This document shows, in pieces, positions 39,101-51,034 of a DNA stretch of 64,000 nucleotides. The translations under genes and the position numbers were made by a program. Location: the NCBI GenBank assembly GCA_032718475.1, contig JAUCBJ010003949.1:1-64000 (forward strand), written 5' to 3'. Source of the DNA: Nemertoderma westbladi (lineage: Eukaryota; Animalia; Xenacoelomorpha). The notes under the pieces are model-generated. The model saw only the letters and a program-made list of their open reading frames with translations. It did no database searches and was not told where the DNA came from. Within the stretch, counting starts at the first letter, position 1, and each line of letters opens with the position of its first letter.

Positions 39101-42100
39101 CTCGTTTATTCCCTCCCCCTTGTCTCCACCCGCCTCGTTTATTCCCGCCCCCTTGTCTCCTACCCGCCTCGTTTATTCCCTCCCCCTTGTCTCCACCCGC
39201 CTCCTTTATTCCCGCCCCCTTGTCTCCACCCGCCTCCTTTATTCCCTCCCCCTTGTCTCCACCCGCCTCGTTTATTCCCTCCCCCTTGTCTCCCACCCGC
39301 CTCGTTTATTCCCGCCCCCTTGTCTCCACCCGCCTCGTTTATTCCCGCCCCCTTGTCTCCACCCGCCTCCTTTATTCCCGCCCCCTTGTCTCCACCCGCC
39401 TCCTTTATTCCCTCCCCCTTGTCTCCACCCGCCTCGTTTATTCCCTCCCCCTTGTCTCCCACCCGCCTCGTTTATTCCCGCCCCCTTGTCTCCACCCGCC
39501 TCGTTTATTCCCGCCCCCTTGTCTCCACCCGCCTCGTTTATTCCCGCCCCCTTGTCTCCACCCGCCTCGTTTATTCCCGCCCCCTTGTCTCCACCCGCCT
39601 CGTTTATTCCCTCCCCCTTGTCTCCACCCGCCTCGTTTATTCCCGCCCCCTTGTCTCCACCCGCCTCGTTTATTCCCGCCCCCTTGTCTCCACCCGCCTC
39701 GTTTATTCCCTCCCCCTTGTCTCCACCCGCCTCGTTTATTCCCGCCCCCTTGTCTCCACCCGCCTCGTTTATTCCCGCCCCCTTGTCTCCACCCGCCTCG
39801 TTTATTCCCTCCCCCTTGTCTCCACCCGCCTCGTTTATTCCCGCCCCCTTGTCTCCACCCGCCTCGTTTATTCCCTCCCCCTTGTCTCCACCCGCCTCGT
39901 TTATTCCCTCCCCCTTGTCTCCACCCGCCTCGTTTATTCCCTCCCCCTTGTCTCCCACCCGCCTCGTTTATTCCCGCCCCCTTGTCTCCCACCCGCCTCG
40001 TTTATTCCCGCCCCCTTGTCTCCACCCGCCTCGTTTATTCCCGCCCCCTTGTCTCCCACCCGCCTCGTTTATTCCCTCCCCCTTGTCTCCCACCCGCCTC
40101 GTTTATTCCCTCCCCCTTGTCTCCACCCGCCTCGTTTATTCCCTCCCCCTTGTCTCCACCCGCCTCGTTTATTCCCGCCCCCTTGTCTCCCACCCGCCTC
40201 GTTTATTCCCGCCCCCTTGTCTCCCACCCGCCTCGTTTATTCCCGCCCCCTTGTCTCCACCCGCCTCGTTTATTCCCTCCCCCTTGTCTCCACCCGCCTC
40301 GTTTATTCCCTCCCCCTTGTCTCCACCCGCCTCGTTTATTCCCGCCCCCTTGTCTCCACCCGCCTCGTTTATTCCCGCCCCCTTGTCTCCACCCGCCTCG
40401 TTTATTCCCGCCCCCTTGTCTCCACCCGCCTCGTTTATTCCCTCCCCCTTGTCTCCACCCGCCTCGTTTATTCCCGCCCCCTTGTCTCCACCCGCCTCGT
40501 TTATTCCCGCCCCCTTGTCTCCACCCGCCTCCTTTATTCCCTCCCCCTTGTCTCCACCCGCCTCGTTTATTCCCTCCCCCTTGTCTCCACCCGCCTCGTT
40601 TATTCCCGCCCCCTTGTCTCCACCCGCCTCGTTTATTCCCGCCCCCTTGTCTCCACCCGCCTCCTTTATTCCCGCCCCCTTGTCTCCACCCGCCTCCTTT
40701 ATTCCCTCCCCCTTGTCTCCACCCGCCTCGTTTATTCCCGCCCCCTTGTCTCCACCCGCCTCGTTTATTCCCGCCCCCTTGTCTCCCACCCGCCTCGTTT
40801 ATTCCCGCCCCCTTGTCTCCACCCGCCTCGTTTATTCCCGCCCCCTTGTCTCCCACCCGCCTCGTTTATTCCCGCCCCCTTGTCTCCACCCGCCTCGTTT
40901 ATTCCCGCCCCCTTGTCTCCACCCGCCTCGTTTATTCCCGCCCCCTTGTCTCCACCCGCCTCGTTTATTCCCTCCCCCTTGTCTCCACCCGCCTCGTTTA
41001 TTCCCTCCCCCTTGTCTCCACCCGCCTCGTTTATTCCCGCCCCCTTGTCTCCACCCGCCTCGTTTATTCCCGCCCCCTTGTCTCCACCCGCCTCGTTTAT
41101 TCCCGCCCCCTTGTCTCCACCCGCCTCGTTTATTCCCTCCCCCTTGTCTCCACCCGCCTCGTTTATTCCCTCCCCCTTGTCTCCACCCGCCTCGTTTATT
41201 CCCGCCCCCTTGTCTCCACCCGCCTCCTTTATTCCCTCCCCCTTGTCTCCACCCGCCTCGTTTATTCCCGCCCCCTTGTCTCCACCCGCCTCGTTTATTC
41301 CCGCCCCCTTGTCTCCACCCGCCTCGTTTATTCCCGCCCCCTTGTCTCCCACCCGCCTCGTTTATTCCCGCCCCCTTGTCTCCCACCCGCCTCGTTTATT
41401 CCCGCCCCCTTGTCTCCACCCGCCTCGTTTATTCCCTCCCCCTTGTCTCCCACCCGCCTCGTTTATTCCCGCCCCCTTGTCTCCACCCGCCTCGTTTATT
41501 CCCGCCCCCTTGTCTCCACCCGCCTCGTTTATTCCCTCCCCCTTGTCTCCCACCCGCCTCGTTTATTCCCTCCCCCTTGTCTCCACCCGCCTCGTTTATT
41601 CCCGCCCCCTTGTCTCCACCCGCCTCGTTTATTCCCTCCCCCTTGTCTCCACCCGCCTCGTTTATTCCCGCCCCCTTGTCTCCACCCGCCTCGTTTATTC
41701 CCGCCCCCTTGTCTCCACCCGCCTCGTTTATTCCCGCCCCCTTGTCTCCACCCGCCTCGTTTATTCCCGCCCCCTTGTCTCCACCCGCCTCGTTTATTCC
41801 CGCCCCCTTGTCTCCACCCGCCTCGTTTATTCCCGCCCCCTTGTCTCCACCCGCCTCGTTTATTCCCGCCCCCTTGTCTCCACCCGCCTCGTTTATTCCC
41901 GCCCCCTTGTCTCCACCCGCCTCGTTTATTCCCGCCCCCTTGTCTCCCACCCGCCTCGTTTATTCCCGCCCCCTTGTCTCCACCCGCCTCGTTTATTCCC
42001 GCCCCCTTGTCTCCACCCGCCTCGTTTATTCCCGCCCCCTTGTCTCCCACCCGCCTCGTTTATTCCCGCCCCCTTGTCTCCACCCGCCTCGTTTATTCCC

Positions 42101-44263
42101 GCCCCCTTGTCTCCACCCGCCTCGTTTATTCCCGCCCCCTTGTCTCCACCCGCCTCGTTTATTCCCTCCCCCTTGTCTCCACCCGCCTCGTTTATTCCCT
42201 CCCCCTTGTCTCCACCCGCCTCGTTTATTCCCTCCCCCTTGTCTCCACCCGCCTCGTTTATTCCCGCCCCCTTGTCTCCACCCGCCTCGTTTATTCCCGC
42301 CCCCTTGTCTCCCACCCGCCTCCTTTATTCCCTCCCCCTTGTCTCCACCCGCCTCGTTTATTCCCGCCCCCTTGTCTCCACCCGCCTCGTTTATTCCCGC
42401 CCCCTTGTCTCCACCCGCCTCGTTTATTCCCGCCCCCTTGTCTCCACCCGCCTCGTTTATTCCCGCCCCCTTGTCTCCACCCGCCTCGTTTATTCCCGCC
42501 CCCTTGTCTCCACCCGCCTCGTTTATTCCCGCCCCCTTGTCTCCACCCGCCTCGTTTATTCCCGCCCCCTTGTCTCCACCCGCCTCGTTTATTCCCGCCC
42601 CCTTGTCTCCACCCGCCTCGTTTATTCCCGCCCCCTTGTCTCCCACCCGCCTCGTTTATTCCCGCCCCCTTGTCTCCACCCGCCTCGTTTATTCCCGCCC
42701 CCTTGTCTCCACCCGCCTCGTTTATTCTCCGCCCCCTTGTCTCCCACCCGCCTCCTTTATTCCCTCCCCCTTGTCTCCACCCGCCTCGTTTATTCCCTGC
42801 CCCCTTGTCTCCACCCGCCTCGTTTATTCCCGCCCCCTTGTCTCCACCCGCCTCGTTTATTCCCGCCCCCTTGTCTCCACCCGCCTCGTTTATTCCCGCC
42901 CCCTTGTCTCCACCCGCCTCGTTTATTCCCGCCCCCTTGTCTCCACCCGCCTCGTTTATTCCCGCCCCCTTGTCTCCACCCGCCTCGTTTATTCCCGCCC
43001 CCTTGTCTCCACCCGCCTCGTTTATTCTCCCCCCCTTGTCTCCACCCGCCTCGTTTATTCCCTCCCCCTTGTCTCCACCCGCCTCGTTTACCCCCCCTCT
43101 CCCCCCCCGCCTCCCCCTTGTCTCCCACCCGCCTCGTTTATTCCCGCCCCCTTGTCTCCCACCCGCCTCGTTTATTCCCGCCCCCTTGTCTCCACCCGCC
43201 TCGTTTATTCCCTCCCCCTTGTCTCCACCCGCCTCGTTTATTCCCTCCCCCTTGTCTCCACCCGCCTCCTTTATTCCCTCCCCCTTGTCTCCACCCGCCT
43301 CGTTTATTCCCTCCCCCTTGTCTCCCACCCGCCTCGTTTATTCCCGCCCCCTTGTCTCCCACCCGCCTCGTTTATTCCCACCCCCTTGTCTCCACCCGCC
43401 TCGTTTATTCCCGCCCCCTTGTCTCCACCCGCCTCGTTTATTCCCACCCCCTTGTCTCCACCCGCCTCGTTTATTCCCGCCCCCTTGTCTCCACCCGCCT
43501 CGTTTATTCCCGCCCCCTTGTCTCCACCCGCCTCGTTTATTCCCGCCCCCTTGTCTCCACCCGCCTCGTTTATTCCCGCCCCCTTGTCTCCACCCGCCTC
43601 GTTTATTCCCGCCCCCTTGTCTCCACCCGCCTCGTTTATTCCCGCCCCCTTGTCTCCCACCCGCCTCGTTTATTCTCGCCCCCTTGTCTCCACCCGCCTC
43701 GTTTATTCCCTCCCCCTTGTCTCCACCCGCCTCGTTTATTCCCTCGTTTATTCCCGCCCCCTTGTCTCCCACCCGCCTCGTTTATTCCCGCCCCCTTGTC
43801 TCCACCCGCCTCGTTTATTCCCGCCCCCTTGTCTCCACCCGCCTCGTTTATTCCCGCCCCCTTGTCTCCACCCGCCTCGTTTATTCCCGCCCCCTTGTCT
43901 CCACCCGCCTCGTTTATTCCCTCCCCCTTGTCTCCACCCGCCTCGTTTATTCCCGCCCCCTTGTCTCCACCCGCCTCGTTTATTCCCTCCCCCTTGTCTC
44001 CCACCCGCCTCGTTTATTCCCGCCCCCTTGTCTCCACCCGCCTCGTTTATTCCCGCCCCCTTGTCTCCACCCGCCTCGTTTATTCCCTCCCCCTTGTCTC
44101 CACCCGCCTCGTTTATTCCCTCCCCCTTGTCTCCACCCGCCTCGTTTATTCCCGCCCCCTTGTCTCCACCCGCCTCGTTTATTCCCTCCCCCTTGTCTCC
44201 ACCCGCCTCGTTTATTCCCGCCCCCTTGTCTCCACCCGCCTCGTTTATTCCCGCCCCCTTGTC
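33110..44263. repeat. 11.1-kb array of a 33/34-bp C-rich unit (roughly 335 copies)
   Basis: Consensus CCCCTTGTCTCC(C)ACCCGCCTCGTTTATTCCC(G/T)C; very homogeneous. Confidence 0.99.
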
Positions 44264-45206
44264 TATTCGGGACCCTATAACTAAAACGAATCTAAGGGAT
44301 TATTTTTTAGTTCAGTTTCCTATTTATAACACAATACCTATTTTTGGTGTCGCATTACTTTATATAATTTTAATACGTAACTATTGGAAATGTCTTTTAT
44401 GGTTTTAAATTTGTACTATACATAGACCGTCCGGTGTTGTATAATGATATTTTAATTGAATTTATCATAAATATTATGTTTGTCATTAAACTAGACATGA
44501 AGTAGATAATATTATTTTTATTGTTTTTTTCTGATTGAATACCATTTGGTTTCCTTCTCTTCGGAATATTGTCATTCAGCAGAATAACGCACGTTTTCTT
44601 AAAAGAATGCTGATCCTGATGTTTAATTAATTGATTTTTAATTAATTGCATCTTTAGTGAATTCAAATAGAACCACGAGTCGAATGTGGCTTTCAGAAAA
44701 CTGTAATATCTAGTTATCACATTGGAATAAATTTGCGCTCTTTTTGAGAAATGTATTGATCTATTTGTATGTGGTCACGCCCACGCCCACGCCCACGCCC
44801 ACGCCCACGCACTAATAAACCAGCAAAATTATCTGACTCTGTGTCACTGTTAGTTGTTGGCTCCCCAGTACCGAAACGAATTCTAATAACTCGGCCATGT
44901 CTTGATAAACTCATTCAGGATATTGAACAAATATTGTGAATCTAATTTTATTTGTTTAAAGATGAATGGGTTGTATAAATTATTGGATACATTTTAAACA
45001 TCTTTGAAGCATATAGAGTAAAAAATTCACTCCAAGTTCTGCAGTTATTTTACAGGTCAACTGCCTATCTACCTACTTGTAGTTTTCATAATGTAGTTTA
45101 TAAAGGAAAAAAGTTTATAAGTAAACGATAGGAAACTTAAATATTTACTTTTGTTATGTTAGGTTAGGACTATACAACTTGTTATTTACGTATTAATTGT
45201 TGACGG

Positions 45207-45601
45207 TGTAAAAGGCTGAGATAACTCACTCTTGAATTGACTCCCCAGCCATCTCAGACTAGGCTGAGAACACTCCCCACCCCAGTCGTCTCAGCCTAGG
45301 TTGATAACACTCCCTAGTTATCTTAGCCTCGGCTGAGAACACTCCCCTTAGGCTGAGATGACTCCCCTAATTGAGTTATAATTCATATCCGTACCTGTGT
45401 TATTTTCGTATATTGAAAAAATAAAACTGTAACCTATATTATTGAGATATCTTTTATTGTTTTGGTTAGAAAAGCCCGCCACTGTAACCTGCTCCTTTCC
45501 GTTAATTAAGAAATCTAGTGAGAAAACTGGGGAGTGTTCCCAGCCTAGACTGAGATGACTGGGGGGTCATATTTGGCGGGGAGTTATCTCAGCCTGTTAC
45601 A
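45207..45601. mobile_element. Ginger-like non-autonomous DNA transposon
   Basis: TIRs TGTAAAAGGCTGAGATAACTC and GAGTTATCTCAGCCTGTTACA (TGT...ACA), 4-bp TSD ACGG at 45203-45206 and 45602-45605. Its internal motif GCCACTGTAACCTGCTCCTTTCC recurs near 21696 (+) and, diverged, near 23660 (-). Confidence 0.75.
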
Positions 45602-46669
45602 ACGGCGTTGTTTGTCAGATAACTCGATAAACAAATATGCCGTCGTCTTTCCGCGGGTAAGTTTTGAAGGGCTTCAAAATGCACTTTTTCAATGGCTAAA
45701 AATGCTAATTTATACCAAAGTTCACCTGATCATCAGTAGTCCCGACATTACCATGTCTGATTAAACAACCTGATTAGGTTCCTACTATTTAACCCGTGGC
45801 TGCGACATTTTAATCGAATTAATAAAAATAGAAGCAAGTCGTCACTTAGAAAACGGACCCCAAAGAACTCTCTCGGACAAAATTTACAAAAATAAGCAAT
45901 ATTAAATATTGTTGATAGAATTCCCCAAATATTATAGGCATCAATGTAGATCTACTTAATATTAACGAACTGCACTTTAACAATTAATTAACAAATTAAT
46001 TAATTAATTAATTTTAATACTCGCCCCTTTCATTGCAAACCTAGTATCCGGTTCATAAATTCGCACAAAGACTTGTCATTACCTAGTAAATCTGTTGATT
46101 AAATTAACCAAGCAATTAAAAAAATATAAAATTGCTAACCGTAATTGAACAATTGCGTCAAATGGGCATTGTCGGGTTTTGCCATGCACGTTTTTGGAAA
46201 TAGTGCGTTTTGTTATTTGTATTCCTTATGTATTTTCATAACCAGATCAGATAATTATCGTCGTTAGGTTGCGACAATTTGCAATTTAAATATATTTAAA
46301 GTATTTACAAATTATTAATAAAACTGAACCTGAAACTATATTGTAGCTAATGTTGTGTCTTTGGGAAAAAGCTTCTTAGCTATAATCTTATAACTCCTAG
46401 CTATAGAAAAACACTTTCCCAATGTTTTAAAGCTTTTATAAAATTCGTTCTAAAATGAAATATATTTGTTGGAGAACATATATTTTTATGCTAAATAATT
46501 GCTATCATGTTCTCCAAAAAGATACCAAAAACCTGGTATAATATATATTTTGAGGGGTGTGTACTTAAAACGCACAAGTAGGCCTACCCTACCCCGCCAT
46601 TCTACACTTACACATTTCGCATTTGAAGCCAACTCATATGTACATAATTATCAGTTTGAAAATAAGAAA

Positions 46670-47539
46670 TTACTTTTTTTTCATTAGTTTCTCAAAGACA
46701 TTGTCAATATTAGGTCGCGATCGTCGTTCTTTGTTTGTCTTCGGTTCAGTTTGTTGTGGTTCCCAAGTAGTTTCTCCTCTATTACCTTCTACACGTTGTA
46801 GTAATTTTGTGTCACGACTTGGGCTCGGCTTTGCCTTCGGAATCCCGTATCGATAAGCTTTATTCCTCTGATGTAACCGACTAATGTCACCTTTACGCTT
46901 TACTTCCTCATCACCGGGAGGTTTCAGTTCAAGATCTTTCTTATGTTCCTTACTTTCATTTTCACAATAACAGAGAGGATCGGCACCTAATTCATTAAGT
47001 GAATTCTGGTAGTCGATATCCTTCATGGCCCTTTCGTCGTCGGATAAGAGTCGTTGTTCATCAGCTTTCTTTCGCCTTGTGAGTTCACTTTTTCGCTCAT
47101 TATGGAGTTGTATGATTCTTTGTTCTTTCGTATTTTCCAAGTCCGATTTCTTGGTCTTGACTTTCTCAACACCGTCTGGCATTGGCAATGCTCTGGATGT
47201 CCGCGAGAGTACAGTTTGTCGAGTTGCCACACTTTGACGAGGTACCGTCCCTGGGGATGAGATGGATGACTTTTTTCTTGTATCAAACGACAGATCTTTC
47301 GAGCCAATGGATTTCCTTCCGTTTCTAACATTTCCATTCATGTCATTGGCACTTTCCTTTACTTTTACATCCTTCTCCCTAATGCCCGGTGCTTCTGGTT
47401 CTGTCTTTGTAGTCTCTTCAAATCGTGCTACATTGTCAGGGAGTTCTTCACCCTCTGTAGAAGGGCTTGGAGAATTTTCTTCCACGTCACTCTCATCATT
47501 CAAAGTAGATATATCAGCTCCTTCATCTTCAGTCGCCAT
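46670..47539 (-). CDS. Hypothetical 289-aa charged, probably disordered protein
   Basis: ATG-initiated 870-bp ORF with higher GC than its very AT-rich flanks. No domain or transposon motif recognised. Confidence 0.55.
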   Translation of the reverse strand: MATEDEGADISTLNDESDVEENSPSPSTEGEELPDNVARFEETTKTEPEAPGIREKDVKVKESANDMNGNVRNGRKSIGSKDLSFDTRKKSSISSPGTVPRQSVATRQTVLSRTSRALPMPDGVEKVKTKKSDLENTKEQRIIQLHNERKSELTRRKKADEQRLLSDDERAMKDIDYQNSLNELGADPLCYCENESKEHKKDLELKPPGDEEVKRKGDISRLHQRNKAYRYGIPKAKPSPSRDTKLLQRVEGNRGETTWEPQQTEPKTNKERRSRPNIDNVFEKLMKKK

Positions 47540-48377
47540 CTTATCAGTTTCATTTAAAGTTTGTTATTTTAAAGTTACTTTAGTTATTATATAGTTACTG
47601 TATGCTAATCGATATTACTTACTGAATGTGTTTGAATCTGTTATAATAGAAGGTACTAGTTCGCCATGTCGACACCACCGACCTATTTCTTTTACTATGG
47701 TTTTTTTTTATAATTTTTGAAGTGGAAATACTAGAAAAATACTTTTTCAAATTAAAAAAATATAATTAATTTATAAATTATTTATTTATTTATATTTATA
47801 AATTAATTTTATATACTGGTACTATTTTGTAACTAATGTAAATGTACTATATATCTACTAAAAGATAATTATATTATTTTTTTTTTTAAATGCTAGCTAG
47901 TACGGTAGGTATATTCTGAAATTATAAAAACATCTTATTAACCAACCAAAAAAAAACGAACAAATACTAGCTACTTTAATAAATAATATCTACTAATGTT
48001 CTAGAGCACGGTACTACTAGCATGTGTGTCAAATTTTTAATGATTTTTATGATGTATTTTATGACAAATTTTCACTTATATTTATATATTATGGTCGATT
48101 GTATAAATGATTTTTGTTAAGAACACATTTTTTTGTTCTAGCACACACACACATTTTTTTGTTCTAGAACATTTCTTGGGAAAAAATTAAATAGTACAGA
48201 AATCATCATACAACCCTTACAAAAAATCAATAAAAATTTGTGAGACATATGCTACATAGTAGTACCCTAGAGCACTTACCAATATCAAAAATCCGAAAAA
48301 AATTAATATTTTGCAAATTTTAAAAAATACTAGCTAATAAAAAAAAAACTAGATACCATAAAAAAATATCTAGTAAT

Positions 48378-48611
48378 TGTTTATATGTTTTAACATCCAT
48401 AAGTTGTATAAATTATTAAGTAATTTAAACAGTACTTAGGATGATCCAATTCTATAGCAAATGGGGCGGAAATGCCTCTATGGTTATTGGTCAGCATACC
48501 CGAACGTTTATCTTGAGACGCGGGTCCGATCCCCGCTGGTGGCGAATTCATTTTTTCCGCTCTATTTGCTATATGGTTGGATCATCCTAAGTCCTGTTTA
48601 AATTACTTAAT
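48378..48611 (+). mobile_element. Short insertion: tRNA-like core between ~60-bp inverted arms, 13-bp TSD
   Basis: Arms at 48413-48472 and 48554-48613. Core 48474-48544 has the T-arm GCGGG-TCCGATC-CCCGC. TSD AATATCTAG(T/C)AAT at 48365 and 48612. Confidence 0.7.
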
Positions 48612-49012
48612 AATATCTAGCAATGTTCCAGAACATTCACCAATATCAATAAAGACAACAATAACACCAATAAAATCACAAAGGTTCTTACAAATTTGTT
48701 ATACTTTACTAATACCGGTTATACATACTATATACTAGTACCCTATTAATTCATAAAATCAAAAAAATGAGTATAAAAATAATGTCTGGTATCTTATATT
48801 TTATTGTTAAATTTATATTTATAAAAACGTTCCAGAATTTTTTTCTGTAGCCTTTTTAAGAGGTCTAGAACATAGTTCTAGAAACTTGGTATACAATACC
48901 GCCAAATGTTCGTAAATCGTGAACGAAACATACAAATATAAGAACTGGCTACTATTATCTATTATACATCTTGTTAAGTAATCCACGAATTTAACAATGA
49001 AACAACATATTA

Positions 49013-49140
49013 TATTGTGTATAATGTACCTTTATCTCACTTCGGTCCCGCGTTTCAATATTTCACTCACTCACTCGCTTCGCTCGTTCGTGTAAATATT
49101 AACACACGGGACCGGTTTGATATAAAGTTCTACATTATAC
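49013..49140. mobile_element. Short palindromic MITE-like element with a CACTCGCTTCGCTCG apex
   Basis: Arms TATAATGTA..CTTTATC...GGTCCCGCGT and ACACGGGACC...GATATAAAG..TACATTATA. Confidence 0.6.
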
Positions 49141-50276
49141 AAAATATAATAAATAGTTCATATTTAGTTGTTTTATTACGTGTAATTTGTTTTATATGGT
49201 ACCTATGTACAGTACTACAGTATATAAATATAATGTAATATACATGTTACATGTTACATGTATTGTTGATGTAATAAACGTGTGTTTTTTGGTTTGCTAG
49301 CATTTTTGGTTGTTTTGAAAATAAAATAAATTTAACTAAAGTTATTTTTTTTATATTTGGGCATCAACATATTTTTGACCATAACTTCGCTAGTTTTGAT
49401 CGCGGGGAGCTGATTTTGGGCTCATTTTGTTCGGAATAAAATACCTATCCCCTTTATTGTGTGCAAAAGTGCGGACAATAAAGAAATAAAGAAATGTTCC
49501 AATCAATCTTCCAAAAATGCGGATTATAAAATATTTATCCAATCAACGATCTAGAAGTTTATTCTGTTGATTTCTCATTATTTATTCTAGATCAGTAATT
49601 ACGTTGGTAATTGTTAATCAATTTAGCATTAAAAAGTTGCATGATAGTTTGCTCAAGTAGGGCCTAGCTAGTTTAATCACACAATCATTTAACATTTAAT
49701 TACACAAAATTTCAGAATTGACCACAAATTTGCGATTACTTTGTTACTTTAAACTTCTAATTTAGAATATTTTAAAGAAAACAACATCTTTTACAAAATG
49801 AAAGTATTTTTTTGTCCTGCTTAATCCGCATGTCCTAGAAATAGTTAAGGCATTTTTTCCTCGCCCTTCGGCCTAGAAAAAAATATGGTTTAACTATTCC
49901 TCGACAATGCGGATTATAAAATCGGACAAAGAAATTCTATTTTCTATTTGTAAGAAGAAGTACAGTATATAGATATTTTTAAAGTCCACTTCACAATTTT
50001 ATGATTTTGTTATGTTTTCTCATTCAAAAACGCTGTGATGAAATACAATTTAAAAAAATTACGATCCAACATTCGAGATTTTACACTCTAATATAATAAT
50101 TTCTAAAATATATTGGTTTAAGGGTTTTTATTTCACGGCATACCAATAATTACGTCCCAAATACATCAAATCGTTGTTTTTCTATAATAATTATCGGAAT
50201 CGTTTAATGTTTAGTTTGACGTGGTTTAATTATAACAGATATTTATTTTTAATATTTCCATGAAACCTATTGCATT

Positions 50277-50630
50277 TGTGGTTGCAGAAGGACCATTATG
50301 GTTGCAGACAGACCATTATGGATGCAGACAGACCATTATGGTTGCAGACAGACCATTATGGTTGCAGACAGACCTATTATCATTGCAGACAGACCATTAT
50401 GGTTGCAGACAGACCATTATGGTTGCAGCAGACCATTGTGGTTGCAGACAGACCATTATGGTTGCAGACAGACCATTATGGTTGCAGACAGACCATTATG
50501 GTTGTAGACAGACCATTATGGTTTCAGACTGACCATTGTATTTGCAGACAGACCATTAGGGTTGCAGGCAGACCATTATGGTTGCAGACAGACCCTTATG
50601 GTTGCAGACAGACCATTATGGTTGCAGACA
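50277..50630 (+). repeat. 20-bp minisatellite GGTTGCAGACAGACCATTAT, about 17 copies
   Basis: Directly visible tandem units. Confidence 0.95.
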
Positions 50631-50811
50631 TGATTATATAATGTAGACCGAGGCTTGTCAGCTGTCCAGCTAGCTAAATGTATTTATTTGAGATTTGAGA
50701 TTCCGTATTAAAAAATAGTAAATATTATACGTCGTAAACATTGATAACGCTGGTGATACTTTTTTTCAAATAAAACAATATATTCGATATAAAAACGTAA
50801 CGGAAAACACT

Positions 50812-50988
50812 ATTTTCCACTCATTTTCTTTAGCGAAATTCAGTTATTCTGCCCTCGTGTGTTGAGTTTTCCACTCGTTGGCATTTTAACACTCGCTTCG
50901 CTCGTGCTAAAAACCTGCCAACTCTTGTAAAACTCAACCACTCGGACAGAATATTTGAATTTCGCTAAATTGAAATTGAGTGAAAAAA
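50812..50988. mobile_element. Palindromic MITE-like element with a CACTCGCTTCGCTCGTG apex
   Basis: Arms TTTAGCGAAATTCA...GTTGAGTTTT...GTTGGCA and TGCCAAC...AAAACTCAAC...TGAATTTCGCTAAA. Confidence 0.7.
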
Positions 50989-51034
50989 GCCTCGGTGTTT
51001 TACGCTTACTTTTTTTTTATCGAATAATAGTCAT

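Noticed and set aside
32997-44408. Giant 3645-3803-aa Pro-rich ORFs and many Gly-rich minus-strand ORFs
   Set aside because: Artefacts of a 33-bp unit with no plus-strand stop codons. All three frames are open, frequent 1-bp indels swap frames freely, and the starts are non-ATG.
50260-50641. CRISPR-like regular repeats here, at 31216-31455 and at 63749-63990
   Set aside because: Units are contiguous with no unique spacers, the context is eukaryotic, and no cas genes are present.
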